Virus record (IMG/VR): IMGVR_UViG_3300024518_006178
Location: 12,837-76,836 of that record
Source of the DNA: a virus
Length of the DNA stretch: 64,000 nucleotides
Reading direction: 5' to 3' (one strand)
This document shows positions 63,127 through 64,000 of this stretch, piece after piece; positions within the stretch are counted from its first letter, which is position 1; each line of letters opens with the position of its first letter. Position numbers and translations under genes: made by a program. The notes below the pieces were generated by a model, which ran no database searches, was not told where the DNA came from, and saw only the letters and a program-made list of their open reading frames with translations.

Positions 63127-64000
63127 ATGCCGACTGCTGGCGGAAGCCAATCTCTAGTTTCAAACAGGCGCTCTGGGATCAACTATCCCAGCCCGTTCTT
63201 CGATATTTCGTCGACGTACGTCCCTCCGTCCATGAAGGAATTCTTCAAATGGACGAGGTTCTTCTACTACAGTCACTCCGTGATCCATCCGATCATCGAT
63301 AAGATCTCGGAGTACCCGATAACGGGACTAACCTACCAGGTCAACGACGACAGGGATGACGAGAAGCTCAGCAGGAAGGCCAGGGACAACTGGGAGAAGC
63401 TCCTAGAGGACACGCTAAGGATCAAGTCACTTCTGGTTGAGATGCTGTTGGACTACAACGTTTACGGCAACTCCTTCGTGTCCATCATGTATCCGTTCAA
63501 GAGGTATCTAAAGTGCCGAGAATGCGATCACAAGGTGTCCATAGAGCGCTCCAAGTACCAATGGAAAGACTTCAAGTTTCGCAGCAAGTGCGAGAAGTGC
63601 AACCACGAAGGCGTGTTTGACGTTAGCGATGCGAAGATCAAAAACCGCAGCATGTGTCGCCTGGTCCGATGGAATCCGTTCAACATCACCATCGATCACA
63701 ACACGATCACGGATGAGCGTACGTATTGGTACAGGGTTTCCAATAAGGACACGAAGGCCATTGTGAATGGCCGGAAATCCTGGATTGAGCGCACGCCCTG
63801 GATATTCATTGATGCGGTTCGGCAGAAGAAACAGATCAAGCTGGACCCCAAGAATATCTACCATATGAAGCGGCCCACGATTGCCGATAACGACATGTCC
63901 TGGGGCATGCCGATTATCCTTCCTGTGATCAAGGATGCCTATTGGTTGCAGATTCTTCGTAAGGCGAACGAGGCGATCTCCCTGGATCATATTGTGCCGT
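63127..64000 (+). CDS. Portal protein, N-terminal part (3' truncated; missing from the ORF track)
   Basis: GGAG RBS; frame open to the window end: YPSPFFD...IIDKISEYPIT...DYNVYGNSF...IYHMKRP...WGMPII. Confidence 0.65.
   Translation, partial: MPTAGGSQSLVSNRRSGINYPSPFFDISSTYVPPSMKEFFKWTRFFYYSHSVIHPIIDKISEYPITGLTYQVNDDRDDEKLSRKARDNWEKLLEDTLRIKSLLVEMLLDYNVYGNSFVSIMYPFKRYLKCRECDHKVSIERSKYQWKDFKFRSKCEKCNHEGVFDVSDAKIKNRSMCRLVRWNPFNITIDHNTITDERTYWYRVSNKDTKAIVNGRKSWIERTPWIFIDAVRQKKQIKLDPKNIYHMKRPTIADNDMSWGMPIILPVIKDAYWLQILRKANEAISLDHIVP

Overview
The window is a 64-kb segment of a large tailed bacteriophage genome with a contractile, myovirus-type tail. No host housekeeping genes, rRNA, tRNA, integrase or CRISPR array were seen. 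Genes fall into strand blocks. (+) 1-1.4 kb: end of tail sheath and the tail tube. (-) 1.5-20.5 kb: early/accessory and DNA-metabolism genes (Lar-like, LexA-like wHTH, RHH, RecU, DnaC-like loader, replication initiator, UvrD, MazG-like, RNAP alpha-CTD-like, SSB, SMC/Rad50-like ATPase). (+) 20.6-46.5 kb: tail morphogenesis (chaperone with a -1 frameshift, tape measure, hub, an embedded sigma-70-family factor, gp25/J-like baseplate, two paralogous fibres, holin/lipoprotein). (-) 46.5-61 kb: a second accessory block (retron locus, DUF932, VWA plus MoxR AAA+). (+) 61.1 kb to end: head genes including a partial portal. The main find is a phage-encoded retron-type locus. Its RT carries retron motifs (NAxxH, YADD, VTG) and a novel N-terminal Cys-rich domain. 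Upstream is a foldable msr-msd ncRNA (48898-49189) with a long msd hairpin, and a ~350-nt array of degenerate hairpin repeats lies between ncRNA and RT. No recognisable retron effector is present. Two further unexplained structured non-coding elements occur: a three-unit repeat RNA candidate (3.78-4.30 kb) and a ~275-nt double-pseudoknot RNA candidate with a T-loop 3' end (54.9-55.2 kb). All calls come from reading motifs and pairings by eye; no database search or folding program was run.
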